Shown piece after piece: positions 30,362-39,313 of a DNA stretch of 44,699 bases (positions are counted from its first letter, which is position 1; each line of letters opens with the position of its first letter). Source of the stretch: a virus (lineage: Duplodnaviria; Heunggongvirae; Uroviricota; Caudoviricetes); the IMG/VR virus record IMGVR_UViG_2684622541_000016. One strand, written 5' to 3'. The notes below the pieces were generated by a model. That model was not told the DNA's origin. It was given only the letters and a program-made list of their open reading frames with translations, and did not search any database. A program made the translations under genes and the position numbers.

Positions 30362-30580
30362 TCAGAAAGCCGCTCCATAAGAACAACAGCAAGACAATAA
30401 ATTGCCATTACAGCCGCAATAGCCAGCGCACATTTGAGAACCAGCACGACAACCCCCTGTATTAGACGCACACCAGTCCTGATAAATATGAGGCTGTCTC
30501 GTCAGTGATTCAATACAACTATTGGGTATAGTTTCTGTGATTTTATTCTGTAGAAATGGAACACAACAACCAGTCACCAC
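30362..30580 (-). CDS. Cys-rich small hypothetical protein (about 72 aa)
   Basis: GTG start 6 nt after AAGGAA; 14 Cys including CC and CCC clusters (...CAGYCGCNGNLLSCCCSYGAAF); could be spurious. Confidence 0.25.
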   Translation of the reverse strand: MVTGCCVPFLQNKITETIPNSCIESLTRQPHIYQDWCASNTGGCRAGSQMCAGYCGCNGNLLSCCCSYGAAF

Positions 30581-30763
30581 CAGCACTTCCTTAAATGCTC
30601 TAAGTCAGAAACAAGCCAACATTTTAGTCCGCTTTGAGCGATCTGCAGACATTGCTAGCAGCCTTCTGTGTGAATTCTCAGGGAGCAGGTCGGCATAGCA
30701 TCACGTTGAGGCTCTTACCCTACTTGTTCACACCAACCCTAACTCCACAGACTGATTCATAAA

Positions 30764-31765
30764 TTAGTAATCTGCGTGTTTCGCACTTTTCAGAAATGCT
30801 TTCATATTTTCATTAGGTCGCTCAATTTCGAAGTTACTTCCATATAACTCTTGTAATTTTGGCCATAACTTACTTAATAACCCTCTCCTGCGATAAAATG
30901 GATGTATCCAAACGGTAGATAGGTACGGAGAATTTGCATTTGAATTGTTTATTGTGACCAGCCCAACTAAACATTGTCGATAACCACTATTATCCATTGA
31001 TTGTATTTCTTCGACGAATGGATACGCGATTACATCAGTCCAACCATGATCGGTTGTATCCCATTGCATTCCGTCATGACATTCCTTCGACTGATAGCGG
31101 CGTAAAGCTACACACGCGAGCTTTTGCCAATCTGGAGAATTAATTGTGATCTCTTCATCGTATGACGCGCCTATTGGAGCGGGTATTGGTCTGATTAATC
31201 CAGCATGGCATTCATCATAGAACTTCATGTTTCCCTCAGAAACGTTGTGTACGTTGGGTTGCTCCATGTGTGCGCCATTCAAAAATAGCTCTGATAGTAG
31301 TGTATCTACACTGTAATCTTTATTGATTATTGTCGGCTTAGAGTTTTTCTTATTAAGGCCGCGAGTAACGATTTTTTGATCAATGTTAACAACATGGAAT
31401 AATCCGTCGGGGAGGCTAGCGAACCACGATGGGGCATCGGACCAGAATAGCATGCCTTTTGTACTTCTTAAGAGTTTAATTAAGTTAATACAAGCTTCTT
31501 CACTAGTCTTGCCGTTGATGCGAAGTATGTTAGGACTAAAGTAATATTCATCCATATCAGGGAATGCAGCTTCGCAAAACTCCTGTACATAATTTAGCAC
31601 CTGGATTCTACAGAGATCATCATAGCTGGTAATAACTAAGGGGGTATCTTCATTACTATTATGATTATCAATAATGCAATCTATAGCGAGACTTACTGCT
31701 TTGCGTATCACTTCAGTTGAATCTAACGACTCTAAAAATTTTGTCTTTCGTGTGCGAATATCCAT
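30764..31765 (-). CDS. Hypothetical protein with GNAT acetyltransferase-like C-terminal motif
   Basis: 333 aa ORF in AT-rich DNA, 15 nt downstream of the HEPN-like gene; C-terminus ...CLVGLVTINNSNANSPYLSTVWIHPFYRRRGLLSKLWPKL fits GNAT motif A ([VI]-x-P-x-x-R-x-x-G). Confidence 0.55.
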   Translation of the reverse strand: MDIRTRKTKFLESLDSTEVIRKAVSLAIDCIIDNHNSNEDTPLVITSYDDLCRIQVLNYVQEFCEAAFPDMDEYYFSPNILRINGKTSEEACINLIKLLRSTKGMLFWSDAPSWFASLPDGLFHVVNIDQKIVTRGLNKKNSKPTIINKDYSVDTLLSELFLNGAHMEQPNVHNVSEGNMKFYDECHAGLIRPIPAPIGASYDEEITINSPDWQKLACVALRRYQSKECHDGMQWDTTDHGWTDVIAYPFVEEIQSMDNSGYRQCLVGLVTINNSNANSPYLSTVWIHPFYRRRGLLSKLWPKLQELYGSNFEIERPNENMKAFLKSAKHADY

Positions 31766-31780
31766 GTATGACCTGCGCTA

Positions 31781-32803
31781 TTAAAATTCATGAATGAACG
31801 GTTTGTCATCTGGTTGCAAAATGGTGGTTTTATTCGTTGCTACATTTAAACTGTTGTAGAGCATAATTGCCAGGTTCGATGCATTTTCAATCAGCGTTTC
31901 AAGATCCTGGTCTGTAATCACTACGAGGTTCCCTTCTTTATCCTTTCCACCACGATGCACTAAGTGATTTCGATTGAGGGTTGCCAATTCAATAGCTTCT
32001 ATCGGACAGTCTTTTTGTACTTTTATATCGAATGTAGCTTCATAGCGGTCGATTACCTTTTTAGTGCTATGCCAGCTTGCACTGATCAAGTGTTCCTTGA
32101 TTGACCTGATTAGCTCTCCCCTAATTTTCTCGATGGGTTCACCCTTGAAAGGCAACGCAGCAATATCTTTGCTTACTTTAAATTCAGTCTTACCTTTTTC
32201 TATACAATTGGCTATGTAGACATCATCTTTCTCTATAGAATTAATGAATAGCTCAACATAAAGCGTTTCCAAAGCTGTAATAACATTCGTGTAGAGCAAA
32301 CTAAGCAAGTGGTTTTTTTGCTGTTGTTCAGTTTTATCTTTTGCAAGTTTTTTTATTTTATCGATATTATCAATGAATTTTAAATACGGATTACCGGAAG
32401 ACGTTACAGCGTCGTAGATATCATCATCGTACCAATCATCTATATTATTTGAGTTTCCAGACCAGTCAAAACATTGTGTTTGTAATTCATCTACTAATTC
32501 CTCAATATACTCAGATTTAACATATTGACCGAAGATGGATTGTAGTTCTTCGCTCGCATCATACGGCCCGCCATATATGTAAGCATAGCCACCTTCTCTA
32601 CTTTCATACGGACAAGCATTTGCCGGATCTTCAAAGTTTTCAAAGAACCAGTTTTTCATTACTTCGAGTTGATCTTTTTTGCTTATGTATTTTAAAGATT
32701 TTAGTGGAACTTTCTTTCCATTAACCTCGAAAACAATTTTCACGATGTAACGCTCCCTTGTATCAATTGCGCAACTATTATACCACAGCGAAATACAGGG
32801 CAT
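31781..32803 (-). CDS. Hypothetical protein with C-terminal HEPN-like R-x4-H motif
   Basis: ORF 31781-32872; start placed at ATG 32803 (GGAGG 6 nt upstream), alternative GTG at 32743 (AGGGAG upstream, extended -10 TGGTATAAT at 32777-32787); ...ATLNRNHLVHRGG... carries R-x4-H near the C-terminus; AT-rich codon usage. Confidence 0.55.
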   Translation of the reverse strand: MPCISLWYNSCAIDTRERYIVKIVFEVNGKKVPLKSLKYISKKDQLEVMKNWFFENFEDPANACPYESREGGYAYIYGGPYDASEELQSIFGQYVKSEYIEELVDELQTQCFDWSGNSNNIDDWYDDDIYDAVTSSGNPYLKFIDNIDKIKKLAKDKTEQQQKNHLLSLLYTNVITALETLYVELFINSIEKDDVYIANCIEKGKTEFKVSKDIAALPFKGEPIEKIRGELIRSIKEHLISASWHSTKKVIDRYEATFDIKVQKDCPIEAIELATLNRNHLVHRGGKDKEGNLVVITDQDLETLIENASNLAIMLYNSLNVATNKTTILQPDDKPFIHEF

Positions 32804-32941
32804 AACCTGCCTCCTTAAACTAACATACCATGAGCCAGCAATGTCCGCTATTGGCACAAAGCGGACAACCACGCTAGCTCTCCCCTGTGCCAGAAAAATG
32901 TCAATTTACATATGAACTAATGCTCTTTGATCTAGTAACGT

Positions 32942-33358
32942 CTATAAATACCGAAGATTTCCTTGATAAAATGCCAGTACACGTTTCATAACTTCACTCT
33001 TCCGGCACTCGCGACAGATTATGTTCTGACGCCTGTCATAGCGGCGTATTTCTCCGTCTGGTAATGACCAGATAAGGTCAGGATCAACCACAACCGTTTT
33101 TTTCACCTTTGCCCTGGATAGTTTTTTGCGGGCGTTTTTCCAATCCTTACGAGCCTGTTCAGACGGGAATAACCCATAGCCAGAGTTGTATACATCGCCA
33201 CTGGCAACCAACTCTCTGGCAAGAATGCTCATCAGATATCTTGTCGCACCTGTCTTGGCCTCCAGTTGCCTTAACGTCTCGCGCCCACTCTGGCGTACCA
33301 ACTCAACAACCTGCTCCTTAATTTTTTCACGCTCTTCCTGTGTAAAAACTTTTGCCAT
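32942..33358 (-). CDS. Hypothetical phage protein
   Basis: Start MAKVFTQEE at 33358 with GGAGG ribosome binding site; basic, helical-looking 138 aa protein; follows the gene ending at 33374. Confidence 0.5.
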   Translation of the reverse strand: MAKVFTQEEREKIKEQVVELVRQSGRETLRQLEAKTGATRYLMSILARELVASGDVYNSGYGLFPSEQARKDWKNARKKLSRAKVKKTVVVDPDLIWSLPDGEIRRYDRRQNIICRECRKSEVMKRVLAFYQGNLRYL

Positions 33359-33373
33359 AAGCGCCTCCGGCAA

Positions 33374-34135
33374 TCACTTTTCCGACACAATACGACTGGA
33401 GGAATCGACAATCTGTCGGACAATATCCCGGTGCTTGTTCAGCTCCCGCAGCGCGGCGCAGACTCGCTCCCACTTCTGGACATGATTTTTCGCCCGACGC
33501 AGTTCGCGGTTTGCCATATGCAGCGATGGTAAAACTAGGTCATCCGCTTGCGTTTCAGTAAACGATGGCAGCGACTGCACAATGTCCGCCACAGTTTCTG
33601 TTTTAATATCTTCCTGTGTTGCCGCTTCCTGTACTGGTAACGCAACACCGGCTGGCTGAGGAAAGGCTTTACCATCAGTTTCCGCTACCGATGCAGCTTT
33701 CGGCTCTGCTGGTAAATTATCGCCCGGCATGCAGTAACGAAATTTACTGTTCTGGTTTACGCGAATCAGGCGTCCTTTGCTGATTGCCATTGCCAGCGTT
33801 GAAGCAACTTTGCGGGATGTTGTACCGAACAGCGTAGCCAGTTCATCCGCCGTTTGTGGTCCGCGTTGTTCAATCGTCGCGGTTAAATCGCACTCTGAGA
33901 TTTTCACTACAGTTGCCGTGGTGGTTTCTTCCGGCAGTTCTGCCTGCATTGGCTGTTCCTGCTGAACGTTGTTATCAGCCACACGCCAGGTGTACGCGCT
34001 TTTATCAACGAAACCAGCTTTTTTCAGTTCCCATAGTTCGTTCAGCACTTCTTCACGACTGATATCAAGTCGCGCAGCAAGTTCTATGGATGTGGCTTTT
34101 CCCATTGCTTTCAGTGCGTCAAAAACAGTCTCCAT
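33374..34135 (-). CDS. Hypothetical protein with N-terminal winged-helix-like domain
   Basis: Start [43 protein letters not shown] at 34135 with GGGAGG ribosome binding site; HTH-like N-terminus and acidic low-complexity centre; just downstream of ydaV. Confidence 0.5.
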   Translation of the reverse strand: METVFDALKAMGKATSIELAARLDISREEVLNELWELKKAGFVDKSAYTWRVADNNVQQEQPMQAELPEETTTATVVKISECDLTATIEQRGPQTADELATLFGTTSRKVASTLAMAISKGRLIRVNQNSKFRYCMPGDNLPAEPKAASVAETDGKAFPQPAGVALPVQEAATQEDIKTETVADIVQSLPSFTETQADDLVLPSLHMANRELRRAKNHVQKWERVCAALRELNKHRDIVRQIVDSSSRIVSEK

Positions 34136-34157
34136 AAAAATTTCCTCCCGGTAAAAA

Positions 34158-34904
34158 TTACTTCTCAATTCCTGGCTGGACGACATTCGGACGCCAGCTC
34201 TCCCAGTTAAAATTCACCCATCGCCCGCCGTTCATGGTCATGCGATCCATAATCCGCTCGCCGAGCAATGTTTTCATGGCCTCATAGTTCAGGTTTGTCA
34301 GCATCCCCACGCTGCGCATCGACGCTGTCCGGCGATCAACAATCTGGTGCAGCACCACCTGCTCGTTTTTCGTCTCGCGCTGAATGCCAATTTCATCAAG
34401 AACCAGCAGATCCACTTCGCATAGTTCCCGCAAAAATTTTTCGCCTGACTGCCCATCGTCATAGCTGGCGTGCAGGGCACTCATAACATCAGCCACGGTA
34501 ACCACAATCACTGTCTGACCGTCTTTCAGCAGGCGATTCCCGATAGCTGCCGCTAAGTGGTTCTTCCCGGTACCAGGTTTTCCGCTGAACGCAAAATTTG
34601 TACACCCGGTCATCAGTTCATCAGCGATGGATTTCGCCTGACTCAACGCGTATCGCTGCGCTTCGTTCTGCACCTGGTAATTCGAAAACGAGCATTTGCG
34701 GTGCAATGGCTGGATGCCAGAGCGATTCAGAATTTTTTCCACCCGCAACTGACGATTCTGACGGTTGATCTCCTCACAACGTTTCTGGCCTTCGGAAAGT
34801 TGCCACTCGCGCCACTCCGCTACCGTCTTGAATGGCGCGGTTACATGTGACGGGGCCAGTCTGCGGATACGTTCAAGAACGTCGCCTGTCGCAATATTTT
34901 TCAT
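34158..34904 (-). CDS. ydaV: DnaC-like replication protein (IstB-like AAA+ ATPase)
   Basis: 248 aa; Walker [16 protein letters not shown] and Walker [10 protein letters not shown]; same length as K-12 Rac YdaV. Confidence 0.85.
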   Translation of the reverse strand: MKNIATGDVLERIRRLAPSHVTAPFKTVAEWREWQLSEGQKRCEEINRQNRQLRVEKILNRSGIQPLHRKCSFSNYQVQNEAQRYALSQAKSIADELMTGCTNFAFSGKPGTGKNHLAAAIGNRLLKDGQTVIVVTVADVMSALHASYDDGQSGEKFLRELCEVDLLVLDEIGIQRETKNEQVVLHQIVDRRTASMRSVGMLTNLNYEAMKTLLGERIMDRMTMNGGRWVNFNWESWRPNVVQPGIEK

Positions 34905-34910
34905 GGTCAG

Positions 34911-35768
34911 TTACCCCCTGAAGCCTGGCGGGATCGCACTATCCGGTAACGAGACGGTGTTAACCTGTCGGAGTAACGTCTCAGGTCGAACACCTTTCGG
35001 CGCGAACAAGCCCTGGTATTCATTGGCGATGCTGTGTCGAATCACCTGCTCAGGTGAAAAACCCTGCTGGCGGAATTTTTCCAGCTCCCGTATCGCCCCG
35101 TTAGCGCCCTGCTCCGTTCGAATCGGTTTTCGCAATGCCTGGCGAAATTCAACCCACTCACGCCAAAGCGAGACAGAAATCCAGTTCGGCAAAGCAATAT
35201 CCAGAGGGTCAAACTTTTTGACACCTCGATTCCCCCGGGGGGGATTTAGGGGGGGATCTGTTTTTAGATCTTTATCTGTATCTTTATTAGTTGCCTTTGT
35301 GTTGACATCATGTTCAAACACCACTTCAACATCTGTTTGAACACCTGTTAAATTTCTCTCTTGTTTTGTTTGAACATCTGCTTCCTTTCTGCTTCTTCTG
35401 GCCTGAACAGATGCTTTTCCTGCGGCTGATTTTTTGGTTAATTTTTCCCTGACTGATGCCAGATCTTCCTCAATCCGAAGATGCACCCATTCCTCGCCGT
35501 TATCGCAAAAAAACTCCTGCAAGGATGGTTCAACATCAGCCCATCGCTCGTTAGTCAGACGGGCAATTTTTGCCAGCCTGTTTTTAGGTATTGGCTTTCC
35601 TGTTTGCCAGTAATTGAACATCAGCAACAAATACGCACCATGCTCCTCTGCTGACAAATGCATGGTGTCAGCCAGGTAATCAGCTATGTACAGTTGCATG
35701 TATGGTAATGCGGCCATAATTGCCCCGTATGATGCTGCCCGGTGGCTTAGAATAAGCACAAACAGCAT
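34911..35768 (-). CDS. ydaU: Replication initiation (O-like) protein YdaU
   Basis: 285 aa ORF, the length of K-12 Rac YdaU; upstream of the dnaC-like gene; contains iteron-like repeats internally. Confidence 0.75.
   Translation of the reverse strand: MLFVLILSHRAASYGAIMAALPYMQLYIADYLADTMHLSAEEHGAYLLLMFNYWQTGKPIPKNRLAKIARLTNERWADVEPSLQEFFCDNGEEWVHLRIEEDLASVREKLTKKSAAGKASVQARRSRKEADVQTKQERNLTGVQTDVEVVFEHDVNTKATNKDTDKDLKTDPPLNPPRGNRGVKKFDPLDIALPNWISVSLWREWVEFRQALRKPIRTEQGANGAIRELEKFRQQGFSPEQVIRHSIANEYQGLFAPKGVRPETLLRQVNTVSLPDSAIPPGFRG
35312..35377. repeat. Iteron-like 10-bp repeats (TGTTCAAACA and its complement TGTTTGAACA), candidate replication origin
   Basis: tgttcaaaca at 35312-35321; tgtttgaaca at 35335-35344 and 35368-35377; adjacent G7 tracts and agatct...agatct at 35236-35275. 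Confidence 0.4.
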
Positions 35769-35780
35769 GGAAACTTTTGC

Positions 35781-36203
35781 TTAATGAACAATGACAGAAT
35801 CGTCGGAAGACCCGCCGCCGCTGAAATGCGCTTTCCGGTAAACGGCTTGGACTGCATCATCATGCGCATCAATTGCCGTACTTAACGCTTCCTGCGCCGC
35901 CAGTAATGCACGGCGTTCCAGGGTATCGAAGATGCAGAGTCGGTGACGCAGCTCGCGCGGAAGGATTGCCAGAATTGCTGGGATCAGCTTCTGAATTTTT
36001 TCTCTTTGCGTTTTCGTTTCACCTTTCAACCAACGGTGATAGATATTCTGCTGATTATTCCAGTCCTTGCCTGGTACCAGGGGCAATTCGCCGCCCCCCT
36101 GGCGCAGATATTCTTCAGTAATGGCATTGGCTACCCATGCCTGCCCTTTTTCGGCTGCCAGGGCTAACAACACTGACTCGATGTGCTCATGCTTGATTTT
36201 CAT
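35781..36203 (-). CDS. ydaT: YdaT (CII-like / toxic Rac protein)
   Basis: 140 aa ORF, identical in length to K-12 YdaT; start overlaps the ydaS stop (ATGA). Confidence 0.7.
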   Translation of the reverse strand: MKIKHEHIESVLLALAAEKGQAWVANAITEEYLRQGGGELPLVPGKDWNNQQNIYHRWLKGETKTQREKIQKLIPAILAILPRELRHRLCIFDTLERRALLAAQEALSTAIDAHDDAVQAVYRKAHFSGGGSSDDSVIVH

Positions 36204-36454
36204 GAATCAACTCCCATCAGCTTTTTCGTAGTAGTTTTATTTCTGCCAATAGTTAAAATTACATCAGCAGAAAATAATCCGTTTGATGCATGAGCGATTT
36301 TTTCAGCGTAATTTGTTTCGCCGGTATATTCTGTGCGAGGCAATTTTCCGTTATCCATCCATTTGTAGATTGCTCTTTGGCTGACACCACAAACGTCGGC
36401 CACAACAGAAACGCGAACAGTTTTGATTACATCTTCAAGTGTTTTCTGGTTCAT
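36200..36454 (-). CDS. ydaS: YdaS (Cro-like HTH protein)
   Basis: Start MNQKTLEDVIKTV... after GAGGGTG ribosome binding site; HTH-like VADVCGVSQRAIYKWM; divergent from racR. Confidence 0.7.
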   Translation of the reverse strand: MNQKTLEDVIKTVRVSVVADVCGVSQRAIYKWMDNGKLPRTEYTGETNYAEKIAHASNGLFSADVILTIGRNKTTTKKLMGVDS

Positions 36455-36540
36455 ATCACCCTCACAATGTGAACTTTGAGTACATGCTATAACAGAACTG
36501 ACAGTACATTCAAGAGTGAATATCATTGAACTTATGGTTC
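36455..36540. promoter_or_regulatory. racR-ydaS divergent promoter/operator region (OR analogue)
   Basis: Two AGTACAT copies (36479-36485, 36503-36509) and inverted repeats attcaagagtgaat and tgaacttatggttca between the divergent genes. Confidence 0.4.
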
Positions 36541-36953
36541 ATGAAGATAAAGCGCGTAAAGAGTTCGCCAGTAGGCTTGCGCTAGCCTGTGAAAACGCTG
36601 GTTATGAACAACATGGAAGGCAGGCAGAAATTGCCCGTCGAATGAAATTAACACCAAAAGCGGTTAGCAAATGGTTTAATGGCGAAACAATTCCTCGCCG
36701 AGAGAAATTAAGGGAATTAGCAACACTCATTGGAACAACACCAACCTATCTTTTGGGAGAGGATACAGAAGAAAGTGGACAGGTACGTTTCTATCAGGAG
36801 TTAAATCCAAGACAAAAAATCATCATTGACCTTCTGGACGAGCTCCCTGACAGTGAGACAGATGAACTTTTAAAAACTCTTGAGGAGAAAAAACAGAAGT
36901 ACAATGCAATTTACGAAGAGCTAGCACGAAAGAAAAAACAAAAAGCCTCTTAA
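36516..36953 (+). CDS. racR: Prophage repressor RacR (CI-like)
   Basis: 145 aa ORF; HTH-like QAEIARRMKLTPKAVSKWFNGE; divergent from ydaS/ydaT as in Rac. Confidence 0.8.
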   Translation: MNIIELMVHEDKARKEFASRLALACENAGYEQHGRQAEIARRMKLTPKAVSKWFNGETIPRREKLRELATLIGTTPTYLLGEDTEESGQVRFYQELNPRQKIIIDLLDELPDSETDELLKTLEEKKQKYNAIYEELARKKKQKAS

Positions 36954-37024
36954 ACCAGCATAAATCCGGTAGCGTCCCCCTCCGGGTTTGTGCTTCACTT
37001 TATCCCATCTCATTTTTTTACACA

Positions 37025-37075
37025 CAAAATGTACTTATAGTACTTTACATCAATGAACACAAAGTACATTATATA
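37025..37075 (+). promoter_or_regulatory. Putative early-left promoter/operator region (OL analogue)
   Basis: Palindrome gtacttatagtac (37031-37043), atgtact (37028-37034), agtacat (37063-37069); -35-like tttaca and -10-like cattat about 17 bp apart. Confidence 0.35.
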
Positions 37076-37243
37076 CCTACCAACCCACCCCGCCCCACAG
37101 AACGCAGGGCAATACTTCGAGTTACCAGGCAGTGGTCAGGGGTTAAGTAGCCAGCCCGAGGCGTATGAACATGACGGCAGGGTTCAGATTTTGCAGTGCA
37201 GCAGGTTTCAGTTCCGCCACCCGGCGTTAAGGGGAGAGATAAG

Positions 37244-37378
37244 ATGGTGCATTACGAAGTAGTTCAGTATTTGATGGATTGTTGCGGTATCACTTACAAC
37301 CAGGCTGTGCAGGCTTTACGCAGCAACGACTGGGATCTCTGGCAGGCAGAAGTCGCTATACACAGCAACAAGATGTGA
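37244..37378 (+). CDS. Small Rac early protein (44 aa, YdaG-like by size and position)
   Basis: AAGGGGAGAG ribosome binding site before ATG; MVHYEVVQYLMDCCGITYNQAVQALRSNDWDLWQAEVAIHSNKM. Confidence 0.5.
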   Translation: MVHYEVVQYLMDCCGITYNQAVQALRSNDWDLWQAEVAIHSNKM

Positions 37379-37388
37379 GATTCGCAAA

Positions 37389-37538
37389 ATGCAAAAAATC
37401 GACCTCGGCAACAACGAATCCCTGGTGTGCGGCGTGTTCCCCAACCAGGATGGAACGTTCACTGCCATGACGTATACCAAAAGCAAAACATTTAAAACCG
37501 AAACTGGTGCGCGCCGATGGTTGGAGAAGCACACAGTA
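37389..37538 (+). CDS. Small hypothetical protein (49 aa, YdaF-like by position)
   Basis: ATG at 37389, 10 nt after the previous stop; MQKIDLGNNESLVCGVFPNQDGTFTAMTYTKSKTFKTELVRADGWRSTQ. Confidence 0.3.
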
Positions 37539-37540
37539 AG

Positions 37541-38029
37541 CTAACGATTAAAACGTCTACTCCTGCTGTTCCAGAATAACTTCATAAAATGGGAGTATTT
37601 TTCGGTGACGAGATAATAAGAACAGTTTGCGCTATCACTCTGATGTTGAATGATGCCCTTCCGTTCTAATTTTTTCATAACCGGGTTACGGCAAGGAGAA
37701 GTGATAATAAGATTTCCTGTTTTAAGGAAATCTTTAAATACAGCGATTTCTTTCTCAGATAAACGAAGCAATACTCGTTGCTCTGGTAGTAATGAATAAT
37801 GCTTTTGAATATGTGCTCGCAATCTTGAGAAGGAAATGGCGACCACGAAAGAAAAGGCAAAAACGATAATCTGAAAGAGCCAAGGTATTTCAGTATAAGC
37901 ATTGAATGCGACAGTAAACTCTTTCGGTATCAGCCAGAGAGTGAGACCAAAAATGATAATCGTATACATAAGTATTTCGAGTGGCTCGTTAGCAAAAAGT
38001 TTCAACAATGGAGTAAATACATCCAACAT
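37541..38029 (-). CDS. sieB: Superinfection exclusion protein B
   Basis: Start at MLDVFTPLLKLFANEPLEILMYTIIIFGLTLWLIP (162 aa, as K-12 SieB); membrane segments; opposite orientation to the early-left operon. Confidence 0.8.
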   Translation of the reverse strand: MLDVFTPLLKLFANEPLEILMYTIIIFGLTLWLIPKEFTVAFNAYTEIPWLFQIIVFAFSFVVAISFSRLRAHIQKHYSLLPEQRVLLRLSEKEIAVFKDFLKTGNLIITSPCRNPVMKKLERKGIIQHQSDSANCSYYLVTEKYSHFMKLFWNSRSRRFNR

Positions 38030-38470
38030 ATCAATAACTCTCAACTGTAAGGGTATTGAAATGTTAACACAAGCTCTCGCTGTAGGGGTATAGCCGAGAC
38101 CACCGAAGCCCGGAGGTGGTGAAATAAAACCGGGCACAACACGAAGGCGCATTTCCGATATCCATAAAGAGTCGGTCTTGTCTGTTAAATTTAAATGGTG
38201 GGAGTGCGCCTCCGGTTGTAAATAACGACATTGCTGTGTGTAGTCCTGGCGGCATCAGTTTTTTTCTTGAAGTTCGGCTGATGTCCGCCCTTTTTAAAGT
38301 GAATTTTGTGATGCGGTGAATGCGGCTAAGCGCACGTGGCACAGTTAAAAGTCATGTTAGTCCTTATTGGTTTGGGTGGGAAAGCCGACTGTAATTGTTA
38401 ACTGGTTGCAGTCACCTGGAGGCACCAGGCACCGCATCAACAAAGTTCATTTGTAAAAATGGAGATAATT

Positions 38471-38692
38471 ATGATTGCACATCACTTCGGAACTGATGAA
38501 ATACCACGTCAGTGTGTGACTCCTGGCGATTATGTTCTTCATGAAGGCCGGACATATATTGCCTCGGCAAACAATATTAAAAAGCGAAAACTATATATTC
38601 GTAACCTGACCACAAAAACATGCATTACTGACCGCATGATTAAAGTCTTCCTCGGTCGTGATGGTTTACCTGTAAAGGCGGAGTCATGGTGA
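38471..38692 (+). CDS. kilR: Killing protein KilR (FtsZ inhibitor)
   Basis: GGAG ribosome binding site; [32 protein letters not shown]..., 73 aa, as K-12 KilR. Confidence 0.75.
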   Translation: MIAHHFGTDEIPRQCVTPGDYVLHEGRTYIASANNIKKRKLYIRNLTTKTCITDRMIKVFLGRDGLPVKAESW

Positions 38693-38862
38693 TGACTAAG
38701 AAAATAAAATGTGCTTACCACCTTTGCAAAAAAGACGTTGAAGAAAGCAAAGCTATTGAAAGAATGCTTCACTTCATGCACGGGATTTTATCAAAAGACG
38801 AACCGAGAAAATATTGCAGTGAAGCTTGTGCCGAAAAAGACCAGATGGCACATGAACTTTAA
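38692..38862 (+). CDS. ydaE: YdaE (small Cys-containing, probably zinc-binding protein)
   Basis: ATG overlaps the kilR stop (ATGA); [56 protein letters not shown], 56 aa, as K-12 YdaE. Confidence 0.6.
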   Translation: MTKKIKCAYHLCKKDVEESKAIERMLHFMHGILSKDEPRKYCSEACAEKDQMAHEL

Positions 38863-38936
38863 TTAATTGACTATTCGAAACTGAATTTATGCCAGAAATG
38901 GCAGGTATTCGCTCAACCTTAATTAAGGAGAAAAAC

Positions 38937-39212
38937 ATGATTACCAATTATGAAGCCACTGTTGTAACTACCGATGACATTGTTCACGAGGTGAATCTGG
39001 AAGGAAAGCGCATTGGCTACGTAATTAAAACAGAAAATAAAGAAACCCCATTCACTGTGGTTGATATCGATGGTCCATCAGGCAACGTAAAAACACTTGA
39101 TGAAGGTGTCAAAAAAATGTGCCTGGTGCATATCGGAAAGAATCTGCCCGCAGAAAAAAAAGCCGAATTTCTGGCAACTCTAATTGCAATGAAATTAAAA
39201 GGTGAAATCTGA
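38937..39212 (+). CDS. racC: RacC
   Basis: AAGGAGAAAAAC ribosome binding site then ATG; 91 aa, as K-12 RacC; directly upstream of recE. Confidence 0.7.
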   Translation: MITNYEATVVTTDDIVHEVNLEGKRIGYVIKTENKETPFTVVDIDGPSGNVKTLDEGVKKMCLVHIGKNLPAEKKAEFLATLIAMKLKGEI

Positions 39213-39313
39213 AAGAAATAGCCTGCGTATGGCGCAGGCTATGAACAGTGTGTATCCGGCAAGATCATTCACTGAACAAAACGAATTTTAATCTGAGTTG
39301 AGGTTAAAAAACA

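Noticed and set aside
35236-35258. G7 tracts (gggggggatttaggggggg) inside ydaU considered as an insertion scar or slippage hotspot
   Set aside because: The reading frame of the 285 aa product is intact through the tracts; interpreted as part of the origin region instead.
37053-37262. 69 aa plus-strand ORF overlapping the start of the ydaG-like gene
   Set aside because: Lies in the putative OL promoter/leader region and overlaps a better-supported small gene with a strong ribosome binding site.
38064-38342. 92 aa minus-strand ORF with Arg-rich N-terminus in the sieB-kilR intergenic region
   Set aside because: Low-complexity translation of a region full of hairpins that is probably the early promoter/leader; wrong strand for an N-like antiterminator of the early-left operon; no ribosome binding site seen.
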